Below are positions 9,969-18,828 of a stretch of 64,000 bases of DNA, piece after piece. The notes beneath the pieces are model-generated. The model was not told where the DNA came from. It searched no databases and saw nothing but the letters and a program-made list of their open reading frames with translations. The stretch is from a virus (Duplodnaviria; Caudoviricetes): the IMG/VR virus record IMGVR_UViG_3300027374_000001. The stretch is one strand, 5' to 3'. Made by a program: the position numbers and the translations under genes. The first letter of the stretch is position 1. Each line of letters begins with the position of its first letter.

Positions 9969-11099
9969 ATGGCACAAGAAGTAACAATTCATAATGCTAA
10001 TTATACGGATGATAAAGGAGAGTTATGGTACTTTAATACAGGGAAAGATAATATTTCCGGATTATCATATCCTGATCATTTCATAGAAAATAAGGATAAA
10101 TATCTTTATACCAGACTTGTTGAGATTAGAATGAGCAACGACAATACTCTTCGATATCCTTTCCAAGAATGTTTTGTTCTTACTGCATATGGAAAAGATA
10201 AACAAACTATATCTTCTGCTATTGTAAATGTAGAAGGTATCATTTCTGAGGGTATACTGAAAATAGCAGATACTAGATGTAAGTGTATACCACTATCTGA
10301 ATACGATACCAACCCGAATATTATAGTTAGTATGCAAACTATAGTAGAAAACGGATCTGTAGTTAATGTTGGAGGAATATGGGTAGAATCTGAAAACTAT
10401 GAATCAATGGATGTGAAAGTGTTAAAATCTATAGCATTCAATAGTATTCCAAATAATATACCTGGGAAGTTTGTAGAAACCTCTTATGAGTCATATTACT
10501 TGGATACAGAAAGTATTGTATATGACGTAAATATGTATAATTTATTGGAGAGCCTTGGGGCTATTATAACACGCGGGAAAAACATCAATAATACAGTAAT
10601 AGATAAGCTAAAAGACTTAGATAGAGATGTAGAGAAAAGCATTCCTGCTTATGCATTTCTTACTGTAATATACGATGATCTGTTTAGCCCAACTGAAGTG
10701 AATGTGGATGAAATTATAAAACCCAAAGAGTTTCAGTATGTTGAAGTGGGTAATTCATTTGGTATATTGGACATAAATAGAGATGGCTATCTTCAAGTAA
10801 AAGAGGCCGGAAATTATATTGTATCTCTAAAAGTGAATATGGATATACATGCTGGGAACCCGGCAAAAATGGTTATGTCTGCTTTCCTAAACGATGACCG
10901 CATCGAGGAAACCACTACCACAATATACCTTAATCCGGATAATAAGGAATACCCTCTTGGGTTTTTAAGCGGTATGGTTCAAATGGAGTTAACTCCTACT
11001 GATAAGCTGTATCTTAAAGCGAGATTTTCAGATATCAACGATGTCAATATTGAAAATCATTGTACTTTACAAGTAACAAGATTAAACGTTATATCATAA
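9969..11099 (+). CDS. Virion protein with C-terminal C1q/BclA-like (TNF-fold) domain
   Basis: LQVKEAGNYIVSLKV...MELTPTDKLYL...LQVTRL matches the C1q/BclA-C pattern. Confidence 0.5.
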   Translation: MAQEVTIHNANYTDDKGELWYFNTGKDNISGLSYPDHFIENKDKYLYTRLVEIRMSNDNTLRYPFQECFVLTAYGKDKQTISSAIVNVEGIISEGILKIADTRCKCIPLSEYDTNPNIIVSMQTIVENGSVVNVGGIWVESENYESMDVKVLKSIAFNSIPNNIPGKFVETSYESYYLDTESIVYDVNMYNLLESLGAIITRGKNINNTVIDKLKDLDRDVEKSIPAYAFLTVIYDDLFSPTEVNVDEIIKPKEFQYVEVGNSFGILDINRDGYLQVKEAGNYIVSLKVNMDIHAGNPAKMVMSAFLNDDRIEETTTTIYLNPDNKEYPLGFLSGMVQMELTPTDKLYLKARFSDINDVNIENHCTLQVTRLNVIS

Positions 11100-11165
11100 T
11101 AAAATGATTCTCCTACACCCAGTTGGGTGTAGGGGCGTTTTTGTGAGTTTGCATTTTCTTGATTA

Positions 11166-11173
11166 TATATTAT
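11166..11173 (+). promoter_or_regulatory. Early-type promoter motif TATATTAT
   Basis: GATTATATATTATGACTATGAA. Related copies at 32311(-), 39093(-), 53349(-), 58237(-), 58887(+) and 61079(+, TATATCAT). Confidence 0.5.
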
Positions 11174-11237
11174 GACTATGAATTAGAATAATATTATCTC
11201 ATAGAGAGAATATAAGAGGAAAGGAGGTCAATGCCAC

Positions 11238-11282
11238 ATGCAGGAAGATGATGAATTATTGACATTAGTTATTGACGACTAA
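11238..11282 (+). CDS. Putative 14-aa acidic micro-peptide MQEDDELLTLVIDD
   Basis: AAGGAGG RBS 10 nt upstream. Lies between terminators and behind an early-type promoter. Confidence 0.35.
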   Translation: MQEDDELLTLVIDD

Positions 11283-11350
11283 GTAGTCATTTTACATTAT
11301 AAATGGATAATCCATCAACTTCCCTCATAAAGAGAAATACAAAGAAGAAT

Positions 11351-11396
11351 ACCCAGTAAGGCATGAAAACCTTACTGGGTGAGTCTTTATTTTTTG
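11351..11396. terminator. Terminator hairpin between convergent units
   Basis: ACCCAGTAAGG-catgaaaa-CCTTACTGGGT. Confidence 0.7.
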
Positions 11397-12049
11397 TTAA
11401 TATGCATAACCAATTCATCAGATGCAACTACTTTATTCGTATCTTTACGCTTTATTTGTACAGATAAAGTTACATTTTCAATCGATGAATTGCTTGGAAT
11501 CACCTCAACTGCCCATTCCATTTTCCCATCTGCTACAAAATCAGCAAACTTGGAACCGAATTTCTTCCCTAACACGAATGTATTCGGGTTACACAGCTGA
11601 AAAGTTGCATCTCTGCCTTTAGCAGATAGGATTCCATAAAGCGAACTGTTGATATTACCATCGTTCTTAGGGTCGTATTCTATAAATACAGTATTTCTAC
11701 CAGATTCGCTTGGATCTGTATATTCTACTGGATTTATGCATAGAACAATATTAGAAACTCGCGGTAATGGCTCATATGGCGGTTCAATCGGTTCTCGATC
11801 AAAAGATTCAACCTGTTGATTAAGCTTATTTGTTGTTGATGATTTGGTTATGGTGTGCGATGCCCCATCGTATTTTTCTACGACTTTAGACGTCAATAGA
11901 ACTCCATTTTCATCAAAAACGTCGGCTTTATCCATACAATAGTTTATTTCTCTTTCGTTCAGATCAAGAGTCATTTCACCATTTATGGGTTTATTTTTTG
12001 GTAATACTCCTACAATGGAGCATCCTCTTGGTTTTATTGTTACTATCAT
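11387..12049 (-). CDS. Hypothetical virion protein (N-terminal domain paralogous to 33811..34254)
   Basis: IVTIKP..SIVGVLP...DLNEREINYCMDKADVF resembles KVRVVP..SIPAILP...ELTKMEIMRCMNFGDVF. Confidence 0.55.
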   Translation of the reverse strand: MIVTIKPRGCSIVGVLPKNKPINGEMTLDLNEREINYCMDKADVFDENGVLLTSKVVEKYDGASHTITKSSTTNKLNQQVESFDREPIEPPYEPLPRVSNIVLCINPVEYTDPSESGRNTVFIEYDPKNDGNINSSLYGILSAKGRDATFQLCNPNTFVLGKKFGSKFADFVADGKMEWAVEVIPSNSSIENVTLSVQIKRKDTNKVVASDELVMHINKK

Positions 12050-12073
12050 TTTTGATATTCCTCCTGGATTTCA

Positions 12074-12544
12074 TTAATCGCTTATTGGAACAGCTGCAAA
12101 TTTCGCTTTGAATTTGTATGTTCCACTACTTAAATCGCGAGTTGCATCCAATGCAAATTCTCCTGAAAAATAGTCGATTCCTAATATATACTTACTTTTA
12201 TAATAATCTTGACCCAGTAAAAAATTTACAGTGGATGATGCGATTTTAGTACTATATTGATATAGATCCATCTTAACTTTTGATTCACTTTTGATGCCAT
12301 CAAGAATGCATGAAGCGGAAGCATCATAAGTTGATACCTTTGCATCGGAGCTATTTAATATGCTCACACTAACAGATACTAAGTATTTTGAAAATGCTTT
12401 TTTGCTATCTACGAGTATTTGATGCACAAAAGCGCTTGATTGTTCCATATTTCCTAAATTACTACCGGAAAGAGTTACATTTAAACCATATTCACTGCTT
12501 ACAGTAGGTAACTTACAGGGTATAGATAAATTTCCAATACTCAT
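12074..12544 (-). CDS. Small tail-module protein (MSIGN leader family), RBS inside a hairpin
   Basis: 156 aa. Begins MSIGN like 16621..17044. Its GGAGG can pair with an upstream CCTCC. Confidence 0.65.
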   Translation of the reverse strand: MSIGNLSIPCKLPTVSSEYGLNVTLSGSNLGNMEQSSAFVHQILVDSKKAFSKYLVSVSVSILNSSDAKVSTYDASASCILDGIKSESKVKMDLYQYSTKIASSTVNFLLGQDYYKSKYILGIDYFSGEFALDATRDLSSGTYKFKAKFAAVPISD

Positions 12545-12586
12545 GATTTATCCCTCCTCTCAAATGGAGGAATAGTATCTATATAA

Positions 12587-12634
12587 TTATTTCTTACCCC
12601 CCCCCCCAGGGGCAGTTAACATTCCTTTACTCAT
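12587..12634 (-). CDS. Leader mini-ORF MSKGMLTAPGGGGKK containing G11
   Basis: ATG overlaps the end of the upstream gene and has the same ATGAGTAAAGGAAT start as 6490. G11 at 12597-12607. Confidence 0.45.
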   Translation of the reverse strand: MSKGMLTAPGGGGKK

Positions 12635-12965
12635 AATAATCGTCTCCCATCACCGAATCGATAAGCTCTCCGTCCTCATCGTCATAGTCATTTTCGGATG
12701 CTAATTCTCTTATATCTTCAGCCATGCAATCCTCTGGACACATAGCATCGTCATCTTCTGGGTTGTACTCTATGGCTTCACTATCCTCAGTAAGATTAAT
12801 GGTTCCGTTTTCTGCCATTTTTCTAACTAAAGAATCTGCAAGATCATACTCCCCAGCATCTGCAGCAGCTATAGCTTCATCGAATCTTTGATCTGTTCTG
12901 ATAGTCATATCGACTTCATCAAAATCGGAATTTATTGCCTTTAATTCACTATTATTCAGATTCAT
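12627..12965 (-). CDS. Acidic hypothetical protein (possible inner-head protein)
   Basis: Very D/E-rich, contains LTE motif, AAGGAG RBS before 12965. Confidence 0.55.
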   Translation of the reverse strand: MNLNNSELKAINSDFDEVDMTIRTDQRFDEAIAAADAGEYDLADSLVRKMAENGTINLTEDSEAIEYNPEDDDAMCPEDCMAEDIRELASENDYDDEDGELIDSVMGDDYYE

Positions 12966-13125
12966 TGTTATCGTCTCCTTCCGTTTCATAATTACCTTCC
13001 AAAATATCTTTATCCGTTGCTAATTCTGCAAGATAATCAATGTGACTACCGATATCATCATCTGCAACAGATTCTTCGATATTTGTTCTTAAACTATTTA
13101 CAAGCTTAATGTCTAATGACTGCAT
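12952..13125 (-). CDS. Small acidic protein, 57 aa (absent from ORF track)
   Basis: AAGGAG RBS and AACA-N6-TAA promoter at 13154..13165. Reads MQSLDIKLVNSLRTNIEESVADDD...NNESE. Confidence 0.55.
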   Translation of the reverse strand: MQSLDIKLVNSLRTNIEESVADDDIGSHIDYLAELATDKDILEGNYETEGDDNNESE

Positions 13126-13179
13126 TGTAGTGGTCTCCTTTCCATGAATACATTATATGCATGTTTTGAGCATATTATT

Positions 13180-14343
13180 TCATTGAACAAGACTGTTACT
13201 ACCTAACTTTTCTTTTTCTACTACCATATAACTTATGCTAATAGCCAAATCTAATGCTTCTTCTGTAAATGAATCTATTGTTGGAAGATCTATTGTTCCA
13301 TAGAAAGTTACGCTGTCGTTTGCCGGATTACTATTGGTTATAATCACCGGTATGATAACGTTTGATATATAATTCGGAGTAGCTTTTGGTCTATCGCCAT
13401 ATCCACATGAAGCTCTTGCGGTGGCTGTTATACACAGATTTCCAATATAGTTAGAGATTTCGACAGTATTACTACCAGCAAATTTAACAGGAATAGTACA
13501 TAACTCTACAGTTAACGGGTCCCACGCACCGCTATCGAAAAATGGTTGTATAATTGCAGTTCCACATGCTAATACCTTAGGACCTACAACATCTTCTACG
13601 GTGGGGAGATTTGTAGTTACTTCTACTGTAACTTCTGTATACGTAGACAAATCGGGGGCGTTTGTTTCTGACCAATGCTTATCTACAAAGTAAGTGCAGC
13701 TATCGGTTTCACTTATCAGTTTAGCGGATATACCGGACGGTTGACTCGTTTGTTTGATGCATAAAAACATTCTCCTATCGGATTTATAAATGTGAAAGTT
13801 TTCAGGTAAAGCCTTATCTGAAATACATTTATCATTATTAATTTTGAGTATATAACTGACCGAATCAGTAGATAAATCTAATAATACCTCTGCTTTTTCA
13901 TTGTTCAGTTCCAATACAACAGGAATAAAAGTATTATACTCTGGAGAAGTGATAAATGCCGATTTATTGACTCTGGTATAATTAGTTTTCTTTATAGGAA
14001 TCAGTTGGAGCACATTAAATATAGCATCCAAATCCAATTCATCGTGTCGATCGTAAATAAAAAGCTCAGCGGTTTCGATTTCGTCTACTAATGTATGACA
14101 AGCAACTAATAGCTTCTTGTTATCTTTGTCTGTTAACTCTGATAAAAATGCATCGACTCCGGTATAAACGCATACCTTAACATCGCTTATCTTGGTTCTT
14201 ACTCCATTGATATCTACAAACTGCTCTCCGGTGTCTGAAGTGTAAATGACTTTATCCTCTTCATTTATTGGGACTTTATCTATATTAGCGCTAGGTACAG
14301 TTCCAATAATTGGTATCATGAGTTCCTTATTTGTTGTACTCAT
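13180..14343 (-). CDS. Putative virion/fibre-associated protein
   Basis: N-terminal VIYTSDTGEQFVDINGVRTKI resembles fibre junction motifs; tail-module context. Confidence 0.45.
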   Translation of the reverse strand: MSTTNKELMIPIIGTVPSANIDKVPINEEDKVIYTSDTGEQFVDINGVRTKISDVKVCVYTGVDAFLSELTDKDNKKLLVACHTLVDEIETAELFIYDRHDELDLDAIFNVLQLIPIKKTNYTRVNKSAFITSPEYNTFIPVVLELNNEKAEVLLDLSTDSVSYILKINNDKCISDKALPENFHIYKSDRRMFLCIKQTSQPSGISAKLISETDSCTYFVDKHWSETNAPDLSTYTEVTVEVTTNLPTVEDVVGPKVLACGTAIIQPFFDSGAWDPLTVELCTIPVKFAGSNTVEISNYIGNLCITATARASCGYGDRPKATPNYISNVIIPVIITNSNPANDSVTFYGTIDLPTIDSFTEEALDLAISISYMVVEKEKLGSNSLVQ

Positions 14344-14484
14344 TTGATTTTCACCTCGTTTTCAAAAATTTAAAACTCAGTGGCTCAGAACCGAACCACT
14401 GAGCATTATTATTTTATAGTTCTATAAATGAAATGGTTTTACTTTAGCCGTACCAATTCTCTGGTGGCAACGGGTCAGGATTAG

Positions 14485-16596
14485 TTACTGACCCCCCCCC
14501 CCAAAGTTAACAAATTTACTTGTTACCGTAAGGGTTTGAGAATCTACGTAATCTTTAACGTTCATTTGAGAGCCATCCTCGTTTGTTACGCCTTCCAAAC
14601 CAGTAGCATCGTTAATGCTATTGTCTACATAGTCTTTAACCTTGACCGGCTGCTCTGTCGGGGCATCGGGATTTTCCGGGTCTGGATCAACCGGTCCCAT
14701 CATTTCTCCTACCACTCTTTCAGTTACAATCTGAGTAATAGACTCTATGGTCTTCTCATCTGTAGCAAAATCTGCTGGATCTACATAGAGACCACCAGCA
14801 CCTTCTCCCTCGGTAGCATCTACTTTAAGAAGGTTTCCGCCCTCTCTTGTAGCAACCTTGACATTTACTGATATCTCATTGGTCTGACTTACAGTAACCT
14901 TTGCAGTGGTTGTCTCTTTTCCGGTATATACATCTACAAGGGCTGCAGCAGGAATCTTTACTTCAGAATCATTATTCAGAACAAGAACGATTTCCTGTGT
15001 AGTTGTATCATATCTACCGCTACTGACAACAAGATCTTTGCCAAGGGCAATTATAAGATTTTCTGCAGTGCCGTCTTCTTTCTGCACCGGAAGAGTAATA
15101 GTTCTTGTCTCAGCATCATAAGACGGATTAGATACGCCTCCGGTCGGAATTACCGTCTTGGTAATTTCTTTTATTTTCAGCTCAATTGTTTGCTTCTCTC
15201 CAGCATTATTCGTAAAATCTACAGTAAATGTGCCGGTATTCTGATCAAATGTAGGACCAAATGCTATCCCTGCAAGTGCTATACTCTCAGAAGACTCCTC
15301 GAATCCGGTTCCATCTTCGGTAACTTTATTCTTATGCGTCACTAAAGTAGGAACCTCTGCTGTATCAGACAGCGTAACTCCTTCTACTGTTCCAATAGGA
15401 ATCAGCTGTTTAACATCCGGGGTTTGCCCCGCGGTATGAGTAACAACTTCAAGTCCTTTAGTATCAGTTATAGCGTTTTCTCCTTCCGTCTTGGTTGGAT
15501 AAGCCACCCTAGTTACAGCATTATGATCATCCTTAAGAGAAGAGAGATCAATTGTTACTGTCTCATCGTCGGTACCTTCTTCATGCGCAGCGTCTGTAGC
15601 TTTCTTAAACGTAAGAGCCCCAGTTTCATTATTAAAGTCCGGATCATATACAGCACCAGGAATAGCAATCACGCTAGATTTAGTTTCACTACCTTCTGTA
15701 CGCTGCACAACTACACGGTTAGAACCTTTTTCTGAAGCTGTGATTGTCTTCACGCCATCTGCTCCACTTGCAGTAGCCATAGCAACTAATTTGAAGTTCT
15801 TTCCTTCTTCGCTAGATTCTTCAAGGGTATAAACACTAATAGTACCGTCAGCATTTTTAACCTTAACAGTTTGCCCAGCATACATATCTGGATGTGATGC
15901 AGCTAAAGATTCAACTGCTGTATAATCATCAAATACTTCTGGGAACTTCAACTCGATATATAATTTGTTTGATTTTAAATTTTTTACACCGTCAATGCTG
16001 CTGAATATAGCATAAATAACATGTAAACCAAGTCTGTTAGGAACATATGTATTACCTGGCGTAATACCATGCTGATCCCATTCTTTAGTATCTGAATTAA
16101 AATTACGAATATTAGCACTGTGATCAAGACAAACAGTACCATTCGCTATCTCATCTACATTTGAGTCTATTTGAAAATCTACATCGCCAAGATCTGTTGA
16201 TCCACTAGATTTTATATAAACTGTCTTTATGTAAGAACGGTCAAGGCCATCGCCATATATTTTATAGTCTGAATCTGTGTTAGGGGTTAGTGTAACCTTT
16301 GTTCCAACAGGGTTTTCTAGCAATGCTGCCGCAAAATCATCAAGGGTTGCGCCGGCCGGAAGTGTCTTTGCCTGTTTTAATCCAGCACCGATCTCTCCAG
16401 TAACTTGGATATCGTTTTGTGTTCTCGGTGTTACTAATACTTGAGATGAATCTTCATCTACAAGCACAAGTTCTCCACCAGTTCCGTCCTCCTCTTTAGT
16501 AACGACAAAGTCTAATGGCCCCAACTTTTTAGAAGTAATAGCTGCTTCAATTGCTGATTTTGGGCCGCGTCCAATATTAATTGCATTTTTTGCCAT
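14485..16596 (-). CDS. Large acidic virion appendage/fibre protein ending in a G11 tract
   Basis: 703 aa with repeated beta-rich units (PDFNNETGALTF, PTFDQNTGTFTV, PSYDAETRTITL). Ends SKFVNFGGGGQ. Confidence 0.6.
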   Translation of the reverse strand: MAKNAINIGRGPKSAIEAAITSKKLGPLDFVVTKEEDGTGGELVLVDEDSSQVLVTPRTQNDIQVTGEIGAGLKQAKTLPAGATLDDFAAALLENPVGTKVTLTPNTDSDYKIYGDGLDRSYIKTVYIKSSGSTDLGDVDFQIDSNVDEIANGTVCLDHSANIRNFNSDTKEWDQHGITPGNTYVPNRLGLHVIYAIFSSIDGVKNLKSNKLYIELKFPEVFDDYTAVESLAASHPDMYAGQTVKVKNADGTISVYTLEESSEEGKNFKLVAMATASGADGVKTITASEKGSNRVVVQRTEGSETKSSVIAIPGAVYDPDFNNETGALTFKKATDAAHEEGTDDETVTIDLSSLKDDHNAVTRVAYPTKTEGENAITDTKGLEVVTHTAGQTPDVKQLIPIGTVEGVTLSDTAEVPTLVTHKNKVTEDGTGFEESSESIALAGIAFGPTFDQNTGTFTVDFTNNAGEKQTIELKIKEITKTVIPTGGVSNPSYDAETRTITLPVQKEDGTAENLIIALGKDLVVSSGRYDTTTQEIVLVLNNDSEVKIPAAALVDVYTGKETTTAKVTVSQTNEISVNVKVATREGGNLLKVDATEGEGAGGLYVDPADFATDEKTIESITQIVTERVVGEMMGPVDPDPENPDAPTEQPVKVKDYVDNSINDATGLEGVTNEDGSQMNVKDYVDSQTLTVTSKFVNFGGGGQ

Positions 16597-16620
16597 TGGT
16601 TTGTTTCTCCTTTGCTTTAT

Positions 16621-17044
16621 TTATTTTATTCCATATATTTTTTCTATTGTACCCATGTATAAATTCATCATTCCATTTGGAGTGTATACACACGCTTTAA
16701 ATGAGTCTTCATTAAGAGTTATACTTTTTCCATTGGTAGAGATTGCAAATAATATAGCAGACGGTACATAACCAACTCGATCACCTATAAGCGTGCTATC
16801 TACTATCGGAATAGTATATGTAAGAGAATCACTTATGAACCTATTAATATTTTCTGCTTTAGGCACACTAAATGGATACAAATTACTATTTATTTTAAAA
16901 ATGATCATGTTATAATCATAGACAGATTTATCGTTTTCAATAGTTATGATATCTCCTGCTTTAAAACCATAATTATAATCTTTAGCTATAATTTCAATTT
17001 GCCCCCCCCATGGGGTTATTTGTATTTATATTTCCAATGCTCAT
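16621..17044 (-). CDS. Small tail-module protein, frameshifted at a G8 tract
   Basis: GGAGG RBS. ATG 17044 reads MSIGNINTNNPMGGAN*. G7 or G10 gives ...GGQIEIIAKDYNYGFKAGDIITIENDKSVYDYN joining ORF 16621..16908 (~140 aa). Confidence 0.7.
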
Positions 17045-17046
17045 TT

Positions 17047-17799
17047 TTACCCTCCAAATTTTACAAATTTAGATTTGTCTGTTTCTGGAGCAGCTGGGCC
17101 TTGTGGACCGGTTTCGCCTTTAATGGAGAACAGTACTTGTCCTACCGTTACTGTAGTACCAGTAAATGAAGAAACAGAATATACGTTTCCATATGGGTCA
17201 ACTAAGGTATCGCCAATAATAACGCTAGTTCCAGAGATAATGTCTGATCTAGCAATAGTGCTACCATCGTTAATAGCTACTGTTGATACATACATTCCTT
17301 TACCGGTTTCTCCTTTGGCACCGCGTATAGAATTAATGAAGTCCTCTTCAGAACCCATATTCCCCATTGATAACCAAATCTGATAAGCAGAATCTCCCTT
17401 AGGTCCATCCGCACCATCTCTTCCGGGTGCTCCGTCTTTACCATCCACTCCATCGATCCCCTTAAGATAATCAAGGAACTCTTGTTCTGTTCCACTGTTT
17501 CCTAAAGCAAGCCATACATCATAAGCGGACTGACCCGGTGATCCGTCTTCTCCCTTTCCAGCAGGAGGGAATACGATATTTAACAATCGTTTACCATTTT
17601 CCTCTGTAATAGTAGCATTTGCTTGACTTCCAGATTCGATCTTTCCCACCTCAAACGGAATATTGGCTAGTTCTATGCCTTCTTCCATATGTTCAAGCTT
17701 TCGCTTTGTTATGAATGAATGGACTTGTTCTTCATTTGGCCTTAAAGGGTCGAACAACTCCCACTTATTCTTATCATAATTAGATGCCATTTTATTCAC
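17047..17799 (-). CDS. Collagen-like virion fibre protein
   Basis: Gly-X-Y stretches, SAYDVW/SAYQIW motifs, N-terminal FITKRKLEHMEEGI domain. Confidence 0.75.
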   Translation of the reverse strand: MNKMASNYDKNKWELFDPLRPNEEQVHSFITKRKLEHMEEGIELANIPFEVGKIESGSQANATITEENGKRLLNIVFPPAGKGEDGSPGQSAYDVWLALGNSGTEQEFLDYLKGIDGVDGKDGAPGRDGADGPKGDSAYQIWLSMGNMGSEEDFINSIRGAKGETGKGMYVSTVAINDGSTIARSDIISGTSVIIGDTLVDPYGNVYSVSSFTGTTVTVGQVLFSIKGETGPQGPAAPETDKSKFVKFGG

Positions 17800-17816
17800 C
17801 TCATTTCATTATAAAA

Positions 17817-18776
17817 TCATGGTAAAGTTACAGCAGCAGTTTTCTCATTACCATCAGATAATTGAAATGTGAATACTATAGTTTTCCCATCGGAATCAAG
17901 ATCAGCTGTTATATTTTCTATACCAATGCCATCTTTACCAGAAGGTCCGACTTCTCCGGGTTCACCTTTTTCTCCATCTTTACCATCTACCCCATTAGTT
18001 CCAGGAATCCCAGCGGCTCCAGTTTCGCCTCTAGGAATAGTAAGATTTAGAGTATTCCCATTTACAATCTCAGCAGACGCAGTGTCTCCTACTGTAACTT
18101 CTCCAATCTTGAGAGTAAAATCATTGGTAGCATCTTCTCCATCTGCGCCTCTAATATTAAGACGTTTATGAAGAAGCATATCCTCTTCTACTTGAAATAT
18201 GTCACCTTCGCTGTCTAAGACAAAATCATCAATTTCAGCAGTAGCAGGAGCAAGATCTCCCTCCACGAGGTTTCCATTACCCCAAATAATTCTAGTCCCA
18301 TTTCTACCAGGTTCTCCGTCTTTACCATCTTTACCCGGTAATCCTTCTGGACCAGCAGGTCCACTCATACCAGTCTTACCAGTGATATTCATCATGTAAT
18401 TCAGCCTATATTCTCCAGTATCAATAAGAACTACTTTAAACACATTTCCTTTTGCGTCTAGAAAAATATCACCAGGAACAGATCCAACGGGAGCTGTAGA
18501 ATTATTTAATAATTCCTTTTCGGAGAATAACCAATTTGCATTGTGTCTAAACGTAAAAGTTAAAAGCTTTACAGTTGAATCTTCTTTAGAGGTGATTATC
18601 TCAACTTTAGGCTCTAATCCTTCGTTTATATCACCGATTTGCAAATCAGTAATGGCAGCTTCTAGACCTAATTCAATATGGTCTAATTTGGCTTTCGTGA
18701 TAAAAGAATTCGGCTGCTGTATATCTGGTATTGATTCATCGTAAACAGTCCATTCCTGTTTCTTATAACCAGCCAT
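17817..18776 (-). CDS. Collagen-like virion fibre protein
   Basis: Gly-X-Y stretches, N-terminal FITKAKLDHIELGL domain, AACA-N6-TAA promoter at 18819..18830. Confidence 0.75.
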   Translation of the reverse strand: MAGYKKQEWTVYDESIPDIQQPNSFITKAKLDHIELGLEAAITDLQIGDINEGLEPKVEIITSKEDSTVKLLTFTFRHNANWLFSEKELLNNSTAPVGSVPGDIFLDAKGNVFKVVLIDTGEYRLNYMMNITGKTGMSGPAGPEGLPGKDGKDGEPGRNGTRIIWGNGNLVEGDLAPATAEIDDFVLDSEGDIFQVEEDMLLHKRLNIRGADGEDATNDFTLKIGEVTVGDTASAEIVNGNTLNLTIPRGETGAAGIPGTNGVDGKDGEKGEPGEVGPSGKDGIGIENITADLDSDGKTIVFTFQLSDGNEKTAAVTLP

Positions 18777-18828
18777 TAAAAAATATTCCCCTTTCATAAT
18801 ATTAGCTTTTTATAAGCTTAATAAAATG

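Noticed and set aside
20-17044. Diversity-generating retroelement or invertase shufflon explaining the tip genes
   Set aside because: No reverse transcriptase, no template/variable repeat pair with adenine-specific mismatches, and no recombinase in the window.
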